64,000 bases of DNA from Octopus sinensis (taxonomy: Eukaryota): assembly GCF_006345805.1 (NCBI RefSeq), contig NC_042998.1:118730001-118794000 (forward strand), given 5' to 3'. A program made the translations under genes and the position numbers. The notes under the pieces were generated by a model. It did not search any database. It was not told the DNA's origin and was given only the letters and a program-made list of their open reading frames with translations. Below, in pieces: positions 13,881-28,200 of the stretch. Numbering within the stretch: the first letter of the stretch is position 1; every line of letters starts with the position of its first letter.

Positions 13881-15363
13881 ACCAAGAATCTTTATCTACC
13901 TTTGGAAACGCTCTTTCCCAATATATAAAAGAAAATTGGAAAACATTCATAGACGACTGTGTCGTACTCTGGAATGAAAACACGGATAAACTCCTGAAAT
14001 TCAAAAGACTATTGAACAGCGTCAACCCAAACATACAGTTCACAATGGAATGCAACCAAAGGTAGCTCCCATTCTTGGATATACTAATTAAACAAAATGA
14101 ACATAAAACTAGAAACAGACATATTCTACAAAACCACAGACGCCAAACAATATCTATTATTTAATTCATGCCTCCCAAGACACGCCAAAACAAACATCCC
14201 CTTCAACCTTGCAAGAAGGATATATGCAATAGTGTCAGAAAAAATACCAGAAACTTTAGACTGCAAGGATTCAAAAACACCCTGATTGACAGACACTACC
14301 CAGTTCAAGTCATAGAGGATGGAATCAGACGTGCGACATAAATCGACCTTAAGAAAAGTTCAACTTAGCAACACACCTTCCCCTAAAATACTGCCATACA
14401 TATCCACATACAACCCCAGAAACAAAGAAGCCTTCACCATCATCATCCAAAATATATCAATGCTACATAAGGACCCCAAATTAAAGGAAATTTTACACAC
14501 ACATAAGCTCATTTAAAGCCACAAACAAACGAAATCACTAAAAAAAGGTCCTCACAAAGGCAAAATTATTTTCTAAAATAACTGACGCAAAAGTGAAGAA
14601 ATGTGGTCGACCAAATTGCGCAACATGTCCAAACCTTCTAGAAGGATCTGAATTCCTTTTCAAAGAGGGACAAAAATTCAAAATCAAATCTGACTGTATT
14701 TGTGCCTCAGAAAACCTGATTTATGTTATAAGATGCTCAGGCTGCCACCAAATCCACATAGGGTCCACGGGATTATGGCTCAGACGCAGATGCACTCCGA
14801 GAATACAGAATGATAACCTTTAATGAACACATTGAGAAATGCGCAAAGTAGCTGCTATCATAATTTTTAATCTTTCCATTCTATCAATGTGCCATTGGGA
14901 CACCAAGACAAGTTAGATTAAACAAGGAAATCTACTTCATTGAAAAATATAAGCCAAAACTTAATCATTTCTAGCAATTTTAAATAACGACACTTACCTC
15001 ATTCTTTCTAAACCAAATCATGTTAAATTAATAAAACCTAGTCATTCCCAACATTTTTTATTATTTCCCTTATACCGAAAAAATCCTTGACCACCTCCCC
15101 CTGTCCGGAACTCTCATACTTCACTTCTTAGCGAAGAGGTGACACAATATCGGTAAAGAAATTTGAGAAATTTGAAAAGAAAATACGAAACCGGTTATTT
15201 CTCCAAAAACAATGTTAGTTTACACAAAATTTTATAACATTTTCCTAACATAACGATTTAAATATATTCTTTAACCATATAACACAAGTCTTCTGTAGTT
15301 TTTTCACTCAATTTTGTCTTTTATACATCCAACAACGTGTTTTCACATACCAACTCTCTCACC
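13881..15363 (+). mobile_element. Penelope-like element 1 (RT C-terminus, GIY-YIG endonuclease, 3' tail), decayed and 5'-truncated
   Basis: Translations: FIDDCVVLW..LNSVNPNIQFTME; TDIFYKTTDAKQYLLFNSCLPRHAK; CGRPNCATCP..LIYVIRCSGCHQIHIGST. The reading frame ends at 14974. Bounded by (TA)n/(TATG)n upstream and (TA)n downstream. Confidence 0.93.
15165..15203 (+). ncRNA. Minimal hammerhead variant (U3-A8 core) in the PLE1 3' region
   Basis: GAGAAAT-TTGAAAA-G-AAAATA-C-GAAA-CCG-GTT-ATTTCTC: 7-bp perfect stem I, 1-bp stem II, palindromic stem III ACCGGT. Confidence 0.6.
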
Positions 15364-15462
15364 TATATATATATATAAGTTTAAAGGCTGACAAGATACT
15401 CACACACACACACACAGACATGAACACACACACACACACACCACACACACACACACATACAT

Positions 15463-15519
<57 letters not shown>

Positions 15520-17075
15520 GTGTGTGTGTGTGTGTGTGTGTTCATGTCTGTGTGTGTGTGTGTGAGTATCTTGTCAGCCTTTAAACTTTTCAGCCCGTCC
15601 TTTTACTTAATTTGCTTGAATGAAATTAGCAATAGCTAATCAGGCCTATTCGCAACTGAATGAGCAGGCAAACGTATTCGATGCCAAAGAGGAGTGCATC
15701 TAGGAGAAGAGTGAAGCGGGCTGTACGCGACACCGGTAGCTGACCCATGCAGTGACATTCACAACATTTTTTCCAGCATATCACATTGATCACTACGCTG
15801 ACTGCACAAGTCCTCGCCTTTTTGAAGTCATAAGTTTAAGTTTTAAAATGTTATTACAAGTGTTATGGTGGCCGCCTTGTAAACGCCGTTTTGTGCCTAG
15901 CTTCCTCTATAATACATCCTTTGTTATTCTATTGACATCCATTCTAACAATATATGCATCTTGATGAAGTGATTTTTAATCCTTATTGTTTCACACTGCT
16001 TAAACACAGCTCTGTTAGGAACGTTGTCCTTCTGTGAGATGTTATAAATTTTTCCGATATATCTTAAATGGAAATGGATATAAGATTTTGAACATCAGAT
16101 CGCACACAACAAAAAACGATCAGACTGGAAGATATTTTACTTTATTAGAAGATGAAAATAGCCGCCTCAAGTGAAACAGCTACCGCTAAATACCACACAA
16201 AATTCAAATTGCAATACGACGTACTATATTTCAGTTCTGAGTTGTCTCAAAATTCCTGTATCGTGATAAAATTAGTAGTGTCTCAGAGTTAAGTATTTCA
16301 AAATTTTAGGGGCAAAAATTTGTAATTCCTTGAACATTTTCTGAGTATTTTAATATACAATATCTTCTACCTCTTAGTTTTTTGTTTCAGTGGTTGGCGT
16401 TAGGAAGGGCATCCAACCGTAGAAACTCTGGCAATTCGGATTATAACTTGGTGCAGCTTTTCAGCCTACCAGTTTCAGCCAAACCGTATAACCCGTGCGA
16501 GGAAGGAAAGCAAACGTTAAATTATGATGGTGATAATGATGCAGTCTGTGTGTGTTTGTATTTGTTTGTGCGTGCATGTGAGTGTCTGCGTATGTATACA
16601 TACTGCTGTTAACACCAGCAATAGACAAAGAATATTTTTGACCTGGCTTTCACTTATACCTGAAGCGAGGAAGCTAATGATGAGATGGCGCCGAAACTTG
16701 CTGGCTGACTCACTGTCTGGCTAAGTGACGTTCGTCAGAGACGAACATAAAAATCATGGCTGCAAGGCAACATTATAAGTTAGAATAAAGTTCAAAGCAA
16801 ATATCTAAAGTATTAGAATTCAAACGAATCTTGGTGGTAATTTTCGCCGAAATGTATTGTTTTCTATAACCATATAGTTTAGATGAACGTTGGTGAAATG
16901 ATTCATTCATTTAATAAAATGTTCAAAAATTCTTTTTTGTACTCAATTCTCAATAATTCAAGCAAAATGTTTCAAAATAAATCTTTAATGTTTAAATAAT
17001 GTGTGCGCATGTAAATGTGTGTGCATGAGTTTGACTGTGTATGCGTGTGTAGATGCGTGGATGTGTGTATATGTA

Positions 17076-17234
<159 letters not shown>

Positions 17235-17713
17235 TAGATATAGATATAGATAGATTCAGATGAATATGGTACTTAAGTTGAGGCACCAGAATTTGGTACG
17301 GTATTATCCATACAATTTCAAAATAAGGTGGTTAAAATCAGAATAAGCAACAAGGATATCCAGAGGTAATGCAGTACGATCGTTTCATGCAATTCCATTT
17401 AATTGAACAATGCAATCATTACATCAATTTAAAATGTAGAGCAATCTTCAGCTGCACAAAGACATAAAACTTAATTAAATTAGAACAGATGGACACATTA
17501 GGTATAATTATGCTAATGCGAGTGTGTGAGTGTGTGTATGTGTGTGTGTGTGTGTATACTAGCTGCAATGTCACCTCCGAATCCAATACTAATACAGCTT
17601 GCATTTCAGATTTTCTCCCACTAACAGTGAACGAACGGGGCTCAACCGCTCTAGCAGTAAACTGCAACCATGGAGTATTTAGGAAAATTTGCAAATGTCG
17701 GATTTCTTAACCA

Positions 17714-18950
17714 CGCCCTCTTGGAGGATTCTGTCTACGTAAAAATGCAGTCTACACGTGCCGTGTTATAACACCGCACTCCCAACAGGCAAATGTATAT
17801 ATCGGCGTTACTGTAGATTTCAAGCGCCGCTACCGTGCATACATGAATTCTTTCTCTAATGCAAATTCTAAATTATCATCCTCTTTAGCAACTTATATAC
17901 ACGACATTAAATCTCAAAACATTCCTTACACCCGATCCTAGTCCATAGTAAGGGAGGACCCTCCATGCAATGCAAATATCAATGAGTCTGAGATATGTCA
18001 GAAAGAATCATTAACCATTCTTCGCCTTCATACTTCCTCATTACTTAATCGATTCTGTGGTGTAATTTATGCTTGTAAACATAAGAACTAGTCATCTTTC
18101 ACGCACTTTACTAAATCTATATAATCCCATAACTTTAAGTATCTATACCCCAAATAACCTTAAACTAAGACAAAGTCAGCCTAGCAACCTACTACTTAAA
18201 AAATACTAACCTCTCATTCTTTCTCGTACACTCATTTCCAAATTCTTCTAATCCACTACTTCCCACTTTCCTTTTAGCCTCGCCACCCTCCCCAACTTCA
18301 AAGGTGCTTAACACTACCCAACCCCTTTGAAAACTAATCAGTTTACATCTTCCCCTCCTTATACATATCCCTCTATTCAATTTAATACACCTCTTCATAC
18401 CATAACAGACTCCTCCAATACCAACCCAATTCCTTTGCCCCACTAGCAACTGCTATTGTGACCACTTACTCAACCCCCATTCTATCCCCCATCTATCTTC
18501 ACTCATACCTCTCTACATGCCTTACTAATCTCCTTCAACCACTGAACCCATCAACATATTTCCCTCAAATAATGACCATTCCCATTTTCACAATTTCAAC
18601 CTTTAAATCTATAGTCTTCATACAAACTAACACAAAGGTTACCATTCACATACTACCTAAACCACCCTTCCTTCCTCCTTCCACCTTCAACCTCTACCAC
18701 TATGACTTTCTACTAGCCTCATTACCAACCCCTAACCCTGAAATTTATTTTCTCCTCTCGTTACTCTGCCTAAAACACTTAATTCTCCACAAAATCATAC
18801 CATCTTTAATCTCCTTTCTGTCAACACCACAGATGTAAAACTTCTTCCCTGAAGATGGAGCCTGGTATTATCCGATGATGGAATCAATTTAATATTATTA
18901 TTTTGGATCACCAGGCCCCAGGAACAGCTGTTGGACTCGTAAAACTTTTA
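17714..18950 (+). mobile_element. Penelope-like element 2 (GIY-YIG domain, pyrimidine-rich 3' region, decayed HHR)
   Basis: 17714-18122 translates PLGGFCLRKNAVYTC..YIGVTVDFKRRY..SSSLATYIHDIK..EICQKESLTIL..LLNR..CKHK with 2 internal stops. An HHR-like motif follows at 18846-18935. Confidence 0.9.
18846..18935 (+). ncRNA. Decayed hammerhead motif with long stem II (PLE2)
   Basis: TCC-CTGAAGA-T-GGAGCCTGGT..ACCAGGCCCC-AGGAAC-AGCT-GTT-GGA. The GAAA is mutated. Palindrome AACAGCTGTT. Confidence 0.5.
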
Positions 18951-19224
18951 TTCAACCCTTTTAATTCCTGATATTATTTCTATTCTGTAATAGTCGAACT
19001 TTCTTATATGTAAACACATGTACATTTTTTTGTTTTAAATGTATCTAATATTTTTTGTATGTCAACTTGCCAAACTTGCTTAACATTACATTTACTCATA
19101 TATACATATATATGTGTGTATGTATGTGTGTGTGTATGTATTCATTTATGTATGTATGTATGTATGTGTGTGTGTCTGTCTGTCTGTCTCTCTCTGTGTT
19201 TTTACGTGTACATGCTTATATAAT

Positions 19225-19450
19225 TGACTTCAAATTTTGGTATAAGGCCAGCAATTTTGAGAGAGGGGATAAATCGATTAGATCGTCGTCAGTGTTCAAC
19301 TGGTATTCATTTTTTATCTACGCCAAAACGATGAACGGCAAAGTCAACCGCAGTGGAATTTAAACTCAGAAAGTGAAGACGGACAAAATGCCGCTAGGTA
19401 TTTTGCCTGACGTACTAACGATCCTGCCTTACGTGCAGAATCGTTAGCAA
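19225..19450 (-). mobile_element. tRNA-type SINE, family 3
   Basis: Reverse complement resembles the ggc(ga)gctggcagaatcgttag.. head and gtcgactttg..catcctttcgggg body also present at 37808-38010 and 38035-38135. Confidence 0.65.
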
Positions 19451-20924
19451 CGCAACCACCTCTTGAATGTGTAAATTTAAGGCTATTTACCGCATCTGAG
19501 GCTAATCTAGTCTACTCCGGAGTCTGTTCTATCTTTGGTTGTCAACAGCTATATCATTTCTTTGTGTGGGTGGGTGTATATGAGCAACTGGATAAGTTTG
19601 AGATCAGGTTCCTGTTATCAAACTTGATTGGATTTATACGCACACCAACAAATACAATCAAACGGGCGTTAACATAATTGATGTAGTTAACCAATAAATG
19701 TTAATTAATTAAATCTACCTAGTGAGACGTATTAGTCGTTATTTAAACAATTATGGTAAAAACGGACAGAATCTAAATTCATTAAGATTAATACGATATG
19801 GCATCAAGGAGAAATGTATAGAACTCTTGCACTTCGGTAACTATTCCAGACATAATTTGGTGTTATTGAAATCAAGTGAAACGAAGTCTAAACTTTAGTG
19901 CACTATCTTTAATACCTGGTGACTGGTGGTCAAACGTTTGGAACGTAGCGTAGTTGCAAGTATTTGAAAAAAACTTCAACTCTAAAGAGATGAGATTAAT
20001 TGCCTGAAAATTCATAATTATATACGCATTTTTTACTTCTGATTTTTAATAAATTTTGTTGATAAATTGACAAATGTAGTCATGGTGAAAAGTCACAGAT
20101 ATGAGGCATGTATGCATATTCATTAGTTACAAGTAATATTAAGCTGAAACATTTCTCATGATCTTGAAATAATTATGTTCCACTATTTGCAGAAGGAAAC
20201 ACAGCGGCTGATGAAGAGATTATTCTTAGATAATGTTTTCATTAATAATGAATGTCAGAAAAGCTATTCACTTAAACAATTATCTAGAAAATCGGTAATA
20301 AATTGTGGTTAAGAATCTTAAATTTAGCCCATGCAAATATTGTTTACTATTCCTTGCTTGGGCTGAATTTCGAAGTAAATTGATAATCGTTAGAGTTAAT
20401 GTACTTAAAGTTAGCACAAAGTAATTATGTGGAAGAATAATAGCAAAGGATTAACAGTACTTTAATTATTTCTTCCAGTATGAGAGACATCTAAGGCCAT
20501 ATTTTGGAATTTATGACCATATCAGCGAAATGTAGTATCGAACGTAACATAGCAAGGTAGTGAAGAGTGAACCATTAAGTGATATAATAAAATTAACTAG
20601 GAAACAAATAATTTAACATTCACAGTATATTTGCAATCTAGTGGGTCGCATTACACGCATAGCGATGAGCAAAAAGGACCCAATCACAAACGAATGATTC
20701 TAATCGTGAATCAATTGAAACTGGATTTGGGTATGAAGGCCACAAATACTTTTACTCCCAACTACATGGTTCCCGTTTCAGTCGCACTGTTTGACATCTT
20801 CGGCACTCTAGCCTCGGGCTGACCCAAGGCTTTGAAGGAGATTCGGTAGACGGAAGCTAAAAGAACCCCGTCGCGTGTGTGTGTGTATGTGTGTGTGCGC
20901 GCGTGTATGTGCATGTGTGTGCGT

Positions 20925-21855
20925 ATGTGTGCTGATGCATTGTCGTGGTGAAAAAGACCCCTTGCGTCAGTCTTCCTGGGAGTTTGGTCTTCATAGCCTG
21001 TCATAGTTGGTATAATATTGTCCATTGATTTTATGGCCTATGTCAAGATTGTCAATAAGCACAACGCCTTTCGCATCCCACCAAAATTGACGCTATCACC
21101 TTCCCTGCTACGAACTGATGTTAGCTTTCTTTGGACTCCAAAATCAGATGAAGAGGGATATACCACTGCATGGATTGCCTTTTTGTCTCTGGCTGAAATT
21201 GATGAACCCAGCCTCATCCTGACGTGGAAAATGTTCGACGAAATCAACTGGACCAGCATCGAACAATGTCAGGGGTTCCCGTGATGTGATCAGCTTGGTT
21301 CACTTTGGATTAGGTGAGAGAAGACGTGGCACCCAGCGAGCAGAAAACTTCGTCATTACAAGTTCATTGAGCAGAATATTCTCAACTCTCTCACGGGTTA
21401 TGCTAATAGGCTGTTTGATTTTATAGTCAATTTCCTGTCAATTATCACCATGTGAAAAACACGATCAATATTTTTCTCGGTAGTAGCAGTAGCATAACGT
21501 CCAGACCGTGCACTATTTTCAAGACTCTCCCTTCCCCTCCTTAATTCAGCCGCCCACTTTTGCACTGTTGATAAAGCTGGAGCGTCATCCTTTACTGTAG
21601 TAAGCATGGTAGCATGAATGACCTTAAGGGCTAAATCCTTTCTTTCCTGCAGGTACTTGTTAACACTACGATACCAAATTTTGTCGATTTTCAAGGGATG
21701 TCGCTACTAGTTACCTTTAAATTCTTCTTTGAGCAATCAGATTACCTTGAATAAAACAATAGTTTTAATAAGAAGTGATGAAATACATGCAAGATTTCAT
21801 AGCTCGAGCATCCCTCTTTCATAGTCACCCAGGAACGTTTCGGCCTATCTTCATA
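20925..21855 (-). mobile_element. Mariner transposon (irritans-like), 3'-truncated and decayed
   Basis: ORF 21398-21694 DDAPALSTVQKWAAELRRGRESLE..RSGR; catalytic remnants (LFHHDNASAH near 20930-20965); TIR-like end tatgaagataggccgaaacgttcc at 21855. Confidence 0.88.
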
Positions 21856-22458
21856 TTTAGCAACAACATAAGATGTTAGCTAATGCTGCACTGTACTCAA
21901 TGCTCTCATACGATTCCCTCGTCAACTCTTCCACCCGTCTCTCCCTTTATCCTGACACGCTTCCCTCTTAACATCTCTAAAAAGTTCAGCTCTCTCTACT
22001 CCTACATACCTCCTTCTCATTGCTTTCGTCTTCATTCTCATTCTTCCCACTCAGAATCATATTTCTTTCACATTCGACCCTAGTATTCGACTATCCAAAT
22101 ATACGTATTTACACCAAGACTGCAACGCAAAGACATGTAAATTTTATATCAATTCAGTTTCTTGCTCAACTAAGATCTATTTTATTTTTTACATATGAAC
22201 CACTACTACATTTTCTCAGTTATTCCAGCATTAATTTTCAATTCTTGACTTTTACAGCGTTATTTACCTATATGTTTCTAATACTTGTTCTACGTTTCTA
22301 AATTCATATATTGTTATATTTGCTGCTGCCTGTCCAAATGAATTCGGTTTTCTTTCCTTGTGTGATGCGTGTGAGTGTGTGTGTGTGTATAAATGCATAA
22401 GCATTTGCGTATGAAAGCATATATGTGTGTATATACATAAATATATATATATACTCAC

Positions 22459-22496
<38 letters not shown>

Positions 22497-22781
22497 ATAT
22501 ATATATATATACATATACAGATACATATATACACATACATACATTCATACATACATATATACATACATACCAGTGAAATGTAGACTATATTCATCACAAG
22601 TAAATGTCGTTTGCTCATACTGTTTAACCAAATGTCATTATTTAGTGAAAGTATGCTAATCTCTTAGCTTATAGCACGGTGGTGCTCCAGCATGACTGTA
22701 GTTGCACGGTAAACGAATAAAAGAATATAACGGTAGTGTCCCAACATGACGCAGCTTTAAAGCAGAAACAGTTTAAAGAAT

Positions 22782-22846
<65 letters not shown>

Positions 22847-25733
22847 ATATATATATATATACATACATACATACATACATACATACATACATACTACATA
22901 CATACATACATACATACATACATACATACACACACACATGCATATACATATATATATATATATGAATATGTGTGTGTTTAAAGTAAATTCTTTATAGTCG
23001 AGACTTGAAACATAAACAACATCTGCGAAATATTATAGATGTAAATATACTTTGTTACTTCGCCTCTAAAATCGTTGCAACATATTGTCCTTACATATAA
23101 GTTTATTGACTAATCACCACTTGACGAACACCCCTCGTTCTCATATATACGTGTGCTCGTGTGCGTTTGATGTGTGTTTGTATGTTTGTATATGTGTGTC
23201 TGTGAGTGTATGCGTGCTTTTGTCTGCATCTATATTTGTGGTTATGTTTATCGGTGTAAAACTTTTCCTGTGCTATAAAGCATAATTTCACGAATCAACA
23301 AACCCATATCATAAAATTAAATAGCAGATTGATATACGTAAGCGGTCAGTATGATTTATTAGGTCCCTTTAACTGGTTACACTTGGAAATGTGCAGTTCA
23401 ATGCAAGAAACACGCGAAGATAAAGAAAAACAGAAGGCTTAAATGCATAAACATCTTCACAAAATATTCAGTGAGAATAAGCAGTTGTTACAAATTGTAC
23501 ATTCTCTGAAAACTTAATTAAGATAGATGTGATTTATCCTTGATTAAATCGTCATTAGCTCGACCTTTGGAAGAATAAGGCGGTGGAGAAGTTTTGTAGA
23601 AGCCATCTACAATATCCGATGAAATGGTTGAAGGAAGAGTGTTGAGTTAATTCTAGATGTAACGCCAGATTGAATAGGGAGAATCATACATGGGATAGGT
23701 TGCATACAGGGTTTTCTAGCGCAGGCCGTTGTAATATGTATGGAATGACAGAAATGTTCGGAATAGTACATCTTATAGCTAGTAATTAAAGTATCTTAGC
23801 CAGTGTAACATTTAAAGTAAGCCGAAACGTATAATTTTGCATGCCTGTTTTTTAGCAATGTCGTGTCAAATATGTATTACTCGGGTATTTTTTCCCCTTT
23901 TCTTTCAAGTAATAATGTAGCTATGAGGTCTTCGTGATTAATCCCCTGGGACTGTGTTTTTTATTATTTTATGGATAATTCGAAAGTTATTTTTTCAATC
24001 AAAATTGACCGCGTGCTAAACATTGAGAACAACATTGATGGTTGTGGTGATGATTTAATACAAGATTATTGTCATGATATTTTTTACAGATTATTTTGCT
24101 GTCCTCATTCAGTTATAAATAATATACATTAAAGATGAAGCAGCAGAAAACTAGTGGGTATTATTAAGCAAGAAATATTCAATTTAATTAAGTGCGTACA
24201 GATAAAAATTAAATTTAATATCAACACCTGAAGGGATACATAATCCAACAAACTATATAAAAATAGAAAGGACGTTAAAACTGATACAAGAATTATGCTT
24301 CTACATCTATGTACATACTAATTGTCGACATGAGATATTTTTGACTTTTGGTATTAACAAATTAAGAGATAAAATTATTAGGTAAATTATTTCATTTTAA
24401 TCAATAAATTTAGTCTATGTAACATCAATATAAACTAATTTCGAATTCATATTGTTTCGTTCGTCTCCCCAAACTGAACAGCATCCATTAACACCAATTT
24501 TATGAGCTGCATATATATTTCATGAATTGTCCTAGATACAACACTGATTATTTTGAATAAAAGCTAACGAAACAAGTATGTATGTCTCACATAAGATAAT
24601 TTATTGCTTTGATAAACAGTAATAATCTATAAACTTGCATAGGAACTGCCATTAAATTATGCTTCCCTTCTGTCGTTTGTTGTCGTTTCTGAAGAGTGTT
24701 ATATTTCAAACATGAATATTAAACATATACAACAAAATAGCGCCGAATTAACTGCCTTCATTATAACAAGTACTACACAAAGTTTAGTTTATTACAAAGC
24801 TATTGAATAAATATTTTAAAAAAATATCTCAGCGGGTTCTGTTTTCTGTTGAGTTACGGAAGACACAATGTCTCTCAAATCTAATATCTACTGTTCCTGC
24901 TCCTCACAGGTATACTATGGTCATTAGCGTTTATACACACACTTGTTTTTTTTTAATGTGAAAGCAGTACTAAACAGTTTCGTTTCGGATTCCACACCGC
25001 AGGGTCTAATTTGGAGAAATCTGGGAGGTACTAGCAGAAATTAATTAAAGCGAATTCAGTGCTTGACTCAATATTTAAACCTAAACAATGTACAAAACTT
25101 GATTGCAGTAGGTTAGAATCTTCAAAGTGTAGTGTCTTATATTCAATACTTTGAGGGTTATATTTTGCAGAATTCTGCTCAAGTCCAGGCGATTCTGTTG
25201 GTTAGACAAAAGTAGATAGCTACACATTTTCATCAATATTTTGAATTCTACCAATTCATTTGAGTATTTAATTTTCTTATATCTCTTTTCTCTGTTTAAA
25301 TGTAGCTGTCAGCTCAATAAACCGCTTAGTAAGATACTATCAAGTTATTACTATATGACATAGTATGGAAGAATTCGTTTATGAATTTCCCGAAATAATT
25401 ATATTATTTCTCCAAGAAAATAAATTGTTAGACAAATTCGATATATTAATAAGTAAATTGTGAATAATAAATAAAGCTATACTTGCGATGAGTTTCAGGG
25501 AATCTATAAGTTGGCTAATAATCAACGTGTTTATTACTTTATATAAAGAAAGTAAATAGCTTAATAGCGAGAAACTGGTATCTCAAGAGAATTGAGCAAC
25601 TAGATGTGGTAACACACGAAACATAATGTTTTATTGATATGCTTCATTAATATGTTGCTTTTAGCTGTGTACATGAATTACACACACACACAGACAAAGG
25701 CACCAATGTATGTGTGGTGTGTGTGTGCGCGCG

Positions 25734-25808
<75 letters not shown>

Positions 25809-25999
25809 TACTGAGTCATTCTTTTAGACGTCTCAGTAATTGGACTGCCAGCAGTTTTAATCGGTTTTATAGACTTTAGTAGATATTTCTCGCTAACACT
25901 TATTTTATCGACCTAGTAGTCACTGAATGATGGCTCGGTCTTACATTTTTGGCAAGCAGCGATGTAACACGTTACACAGATCTGCATTGGTATTCATAA

Positions 26000-26058
<59 letters not shown>

Positions 26059-26082
26059 TCATAAACACACATACATACATAC

Positions 26083-26118
<36 letters not shown>

Positions 26119-27002
26119 GTATGTATGTATGTGTGTTTATGAATATATATATATATATATATATGTTGTGTGTATTTGTACGCACATGCATACACATGCC
26201 GCACTTCTGTTCGTGTTTCTGCGTACCAAGTTTCTCTCAATATTGAAAGGTGGCATTCACAAACAAATGGAAGACATCGAGAGCAAGAGGCTGACAAACT
26301 TGATATGCAACGTTTTCGATTTAATGGAGAGTAGAAAAAGGGGTTTTTATGATGCCAAACAAGACGAGGCAAAATGTTCTTATCGAAAGCGAAAATTATG
26401 TAAATACAGTCGATAAAAAGGAGAAAATTAGGGAAAATGAAGGAGAATAAGAAGTATATCTAGGAGATAAAATAGTGTAGATGCTGAAAGCATTCAAAGT
26501 GTTGAACGAAAATGGATGTAATAATCAACATGGAGCCCTGCCATGGTAACATTCACCAGAAGGATGCTGACAGTGATTCTAGATCTAGCAAAAGATGTAA
26601 AATGAGGACGAAAGTGAAGCTGATAAAAAGTAAATGGATCCCGTTGAATGGAGAAAAAAGAGAAAGATAAAAACCAAAAAGACAACAGAAAGAAAGTATC
26701 TGTAAGTGAAGCATCTACTGAAGTGCAGCAAATAGAAATAGCATAAGATATAAAAGAAAAGTTTTCAATACAGGATGCATAATGATGCAATTTCTAAGAA
26801 AACGCTGAATATAAGCAATGAGAATTTCATAGTAAGGGTTTACAAGCTTCCAGCATCCAATAAAGTTATAGATTACTCACACAAACATACATTACACGCA
26901 CACAGATGTACATACATGCATATAGCCAAACACATATCTATGTTCATTTCTTACCCAGCGTCTGTATGCGTATGTTTTCAAATATCTTATTTTTAATCTT
27001 TT

Positions 27003-27200
27003 GCTTGTTTCAGTCAATGCGGCGATGCTGGAGCACCGCCTTGAAGGATTTTTTATCGAACGAATGGACCCCAGTAATTATTTTCCCTTAAAGCCAGGCG
27101 CTTACTCTATCAGTGTCTTTGACCGAACCACTAAGTTACGGAGACGGAAATACTTCAATATTGGTTGTCAAGCGGTGATTGGGGACATATGCAGACACCA
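27003..27200 (+). mobile_element. SINE, family 2 (gtttcagtca..gcggccatgctggagcaccgcc)
   Basis: Further copies at 2978-3075, 3150-3235, 7020-7075 (-), 22650-22710 (-), 27770-27850 and 50748-50960. Confidence 0.7.
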
Positions 27201-27880
27201 AGCCACACACTCACACATACGCGCGCGCACACACACTAACAAATACACATGCACATATGTGTGTGCGTGTGTGTGTGTGTGTGTGTGCGCGTGTGTGTGT
27301 GCGTGTGTGTGTGCGTGTGTGTGTGTGCACGTGTGTGTGTGCGTGTGTGTGTGCGTGTGTGTGTGTGTGTGAACATGAAAAGCACTTTATTTGAGAAAAT
27401 TACATTTTCAGACCATACAGGCATTATGAGTGAAAAAGTTAATGATGCCTATGAAAAAATCTGTCCAAATGTAGAAATAAGTATGCAAATATACGCATGC
27501 GCTTATAGCAGAATGAAATAACAGGAAAGAAATTTCACGCAGACATCCAGTTGGACGGTTGGCGGGCCAGGTTAATGAAGCAGTTCTCTTCATTAGATGC
27601 AAGTGCGTGTTGTGGAATTGTGTATGTAGCCTAACGCAGCGTACAAGCTATGAACATCAGCACTGATCTGAAACATCGTTACTGCATGGAGTGGGTGGAA
27701 TGAAGTGCAGACCCTTACTGAGAAGAGAGCGCTCCACCAGAGCCTGGTACATACTCTGTCGGTGTCTTTGACCAAACCACTAACTTACGGAGACGGAAAT
27801 ACTTCAATTCTGGTTGTCAAGCGGTGATGGGGGACAATACAGACACCAAGACAGAGAGGACAGAGATGTATGGGTAGACG

Positions 27881-27933
<53 letters not shown>

Positions 27934-28009
27934 TATATATACACACGCACGCCCCACATATATATATGCACCCCAGCAGAGATAAAGAATATGTGTTATA
28001 TATATAGTT

Positions 28010-28200
28010 AATCCAAACAAGAAAACACAAAAAAAACACAACAACGTGAGGACGTGGAACAAATATAGTATTATTGGACGCTCAGGGAAGAACGAAGAAG
28101 AGGGTTTAACGTTTCGAGCGGAGCTCTTCGTCGGAAACATAGGAGAAGGAAAGATCCAGAGAAGGAAAGATCCAGGGAAGGGACGACAGAGGAAATATAT
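28010..28200 (-). mobile_element. Non-autonomous HHR-bearing element, family A
   Basis: Minus strand GTTT-CCGACGA-A-GAGC-TCC-GCTC-GAAAC-GTT-AAAC (28104-28138), then a pyrimidine-rich tail ending at TA repeats. Homologous to 48780-48935. Confidence 0.7.

Noticed and set aside
16660-16750. ATGATGAGATGGCGCCGAAAC and a minus-strand CTGACGA
   Set aside because: Helices do not form consistently.
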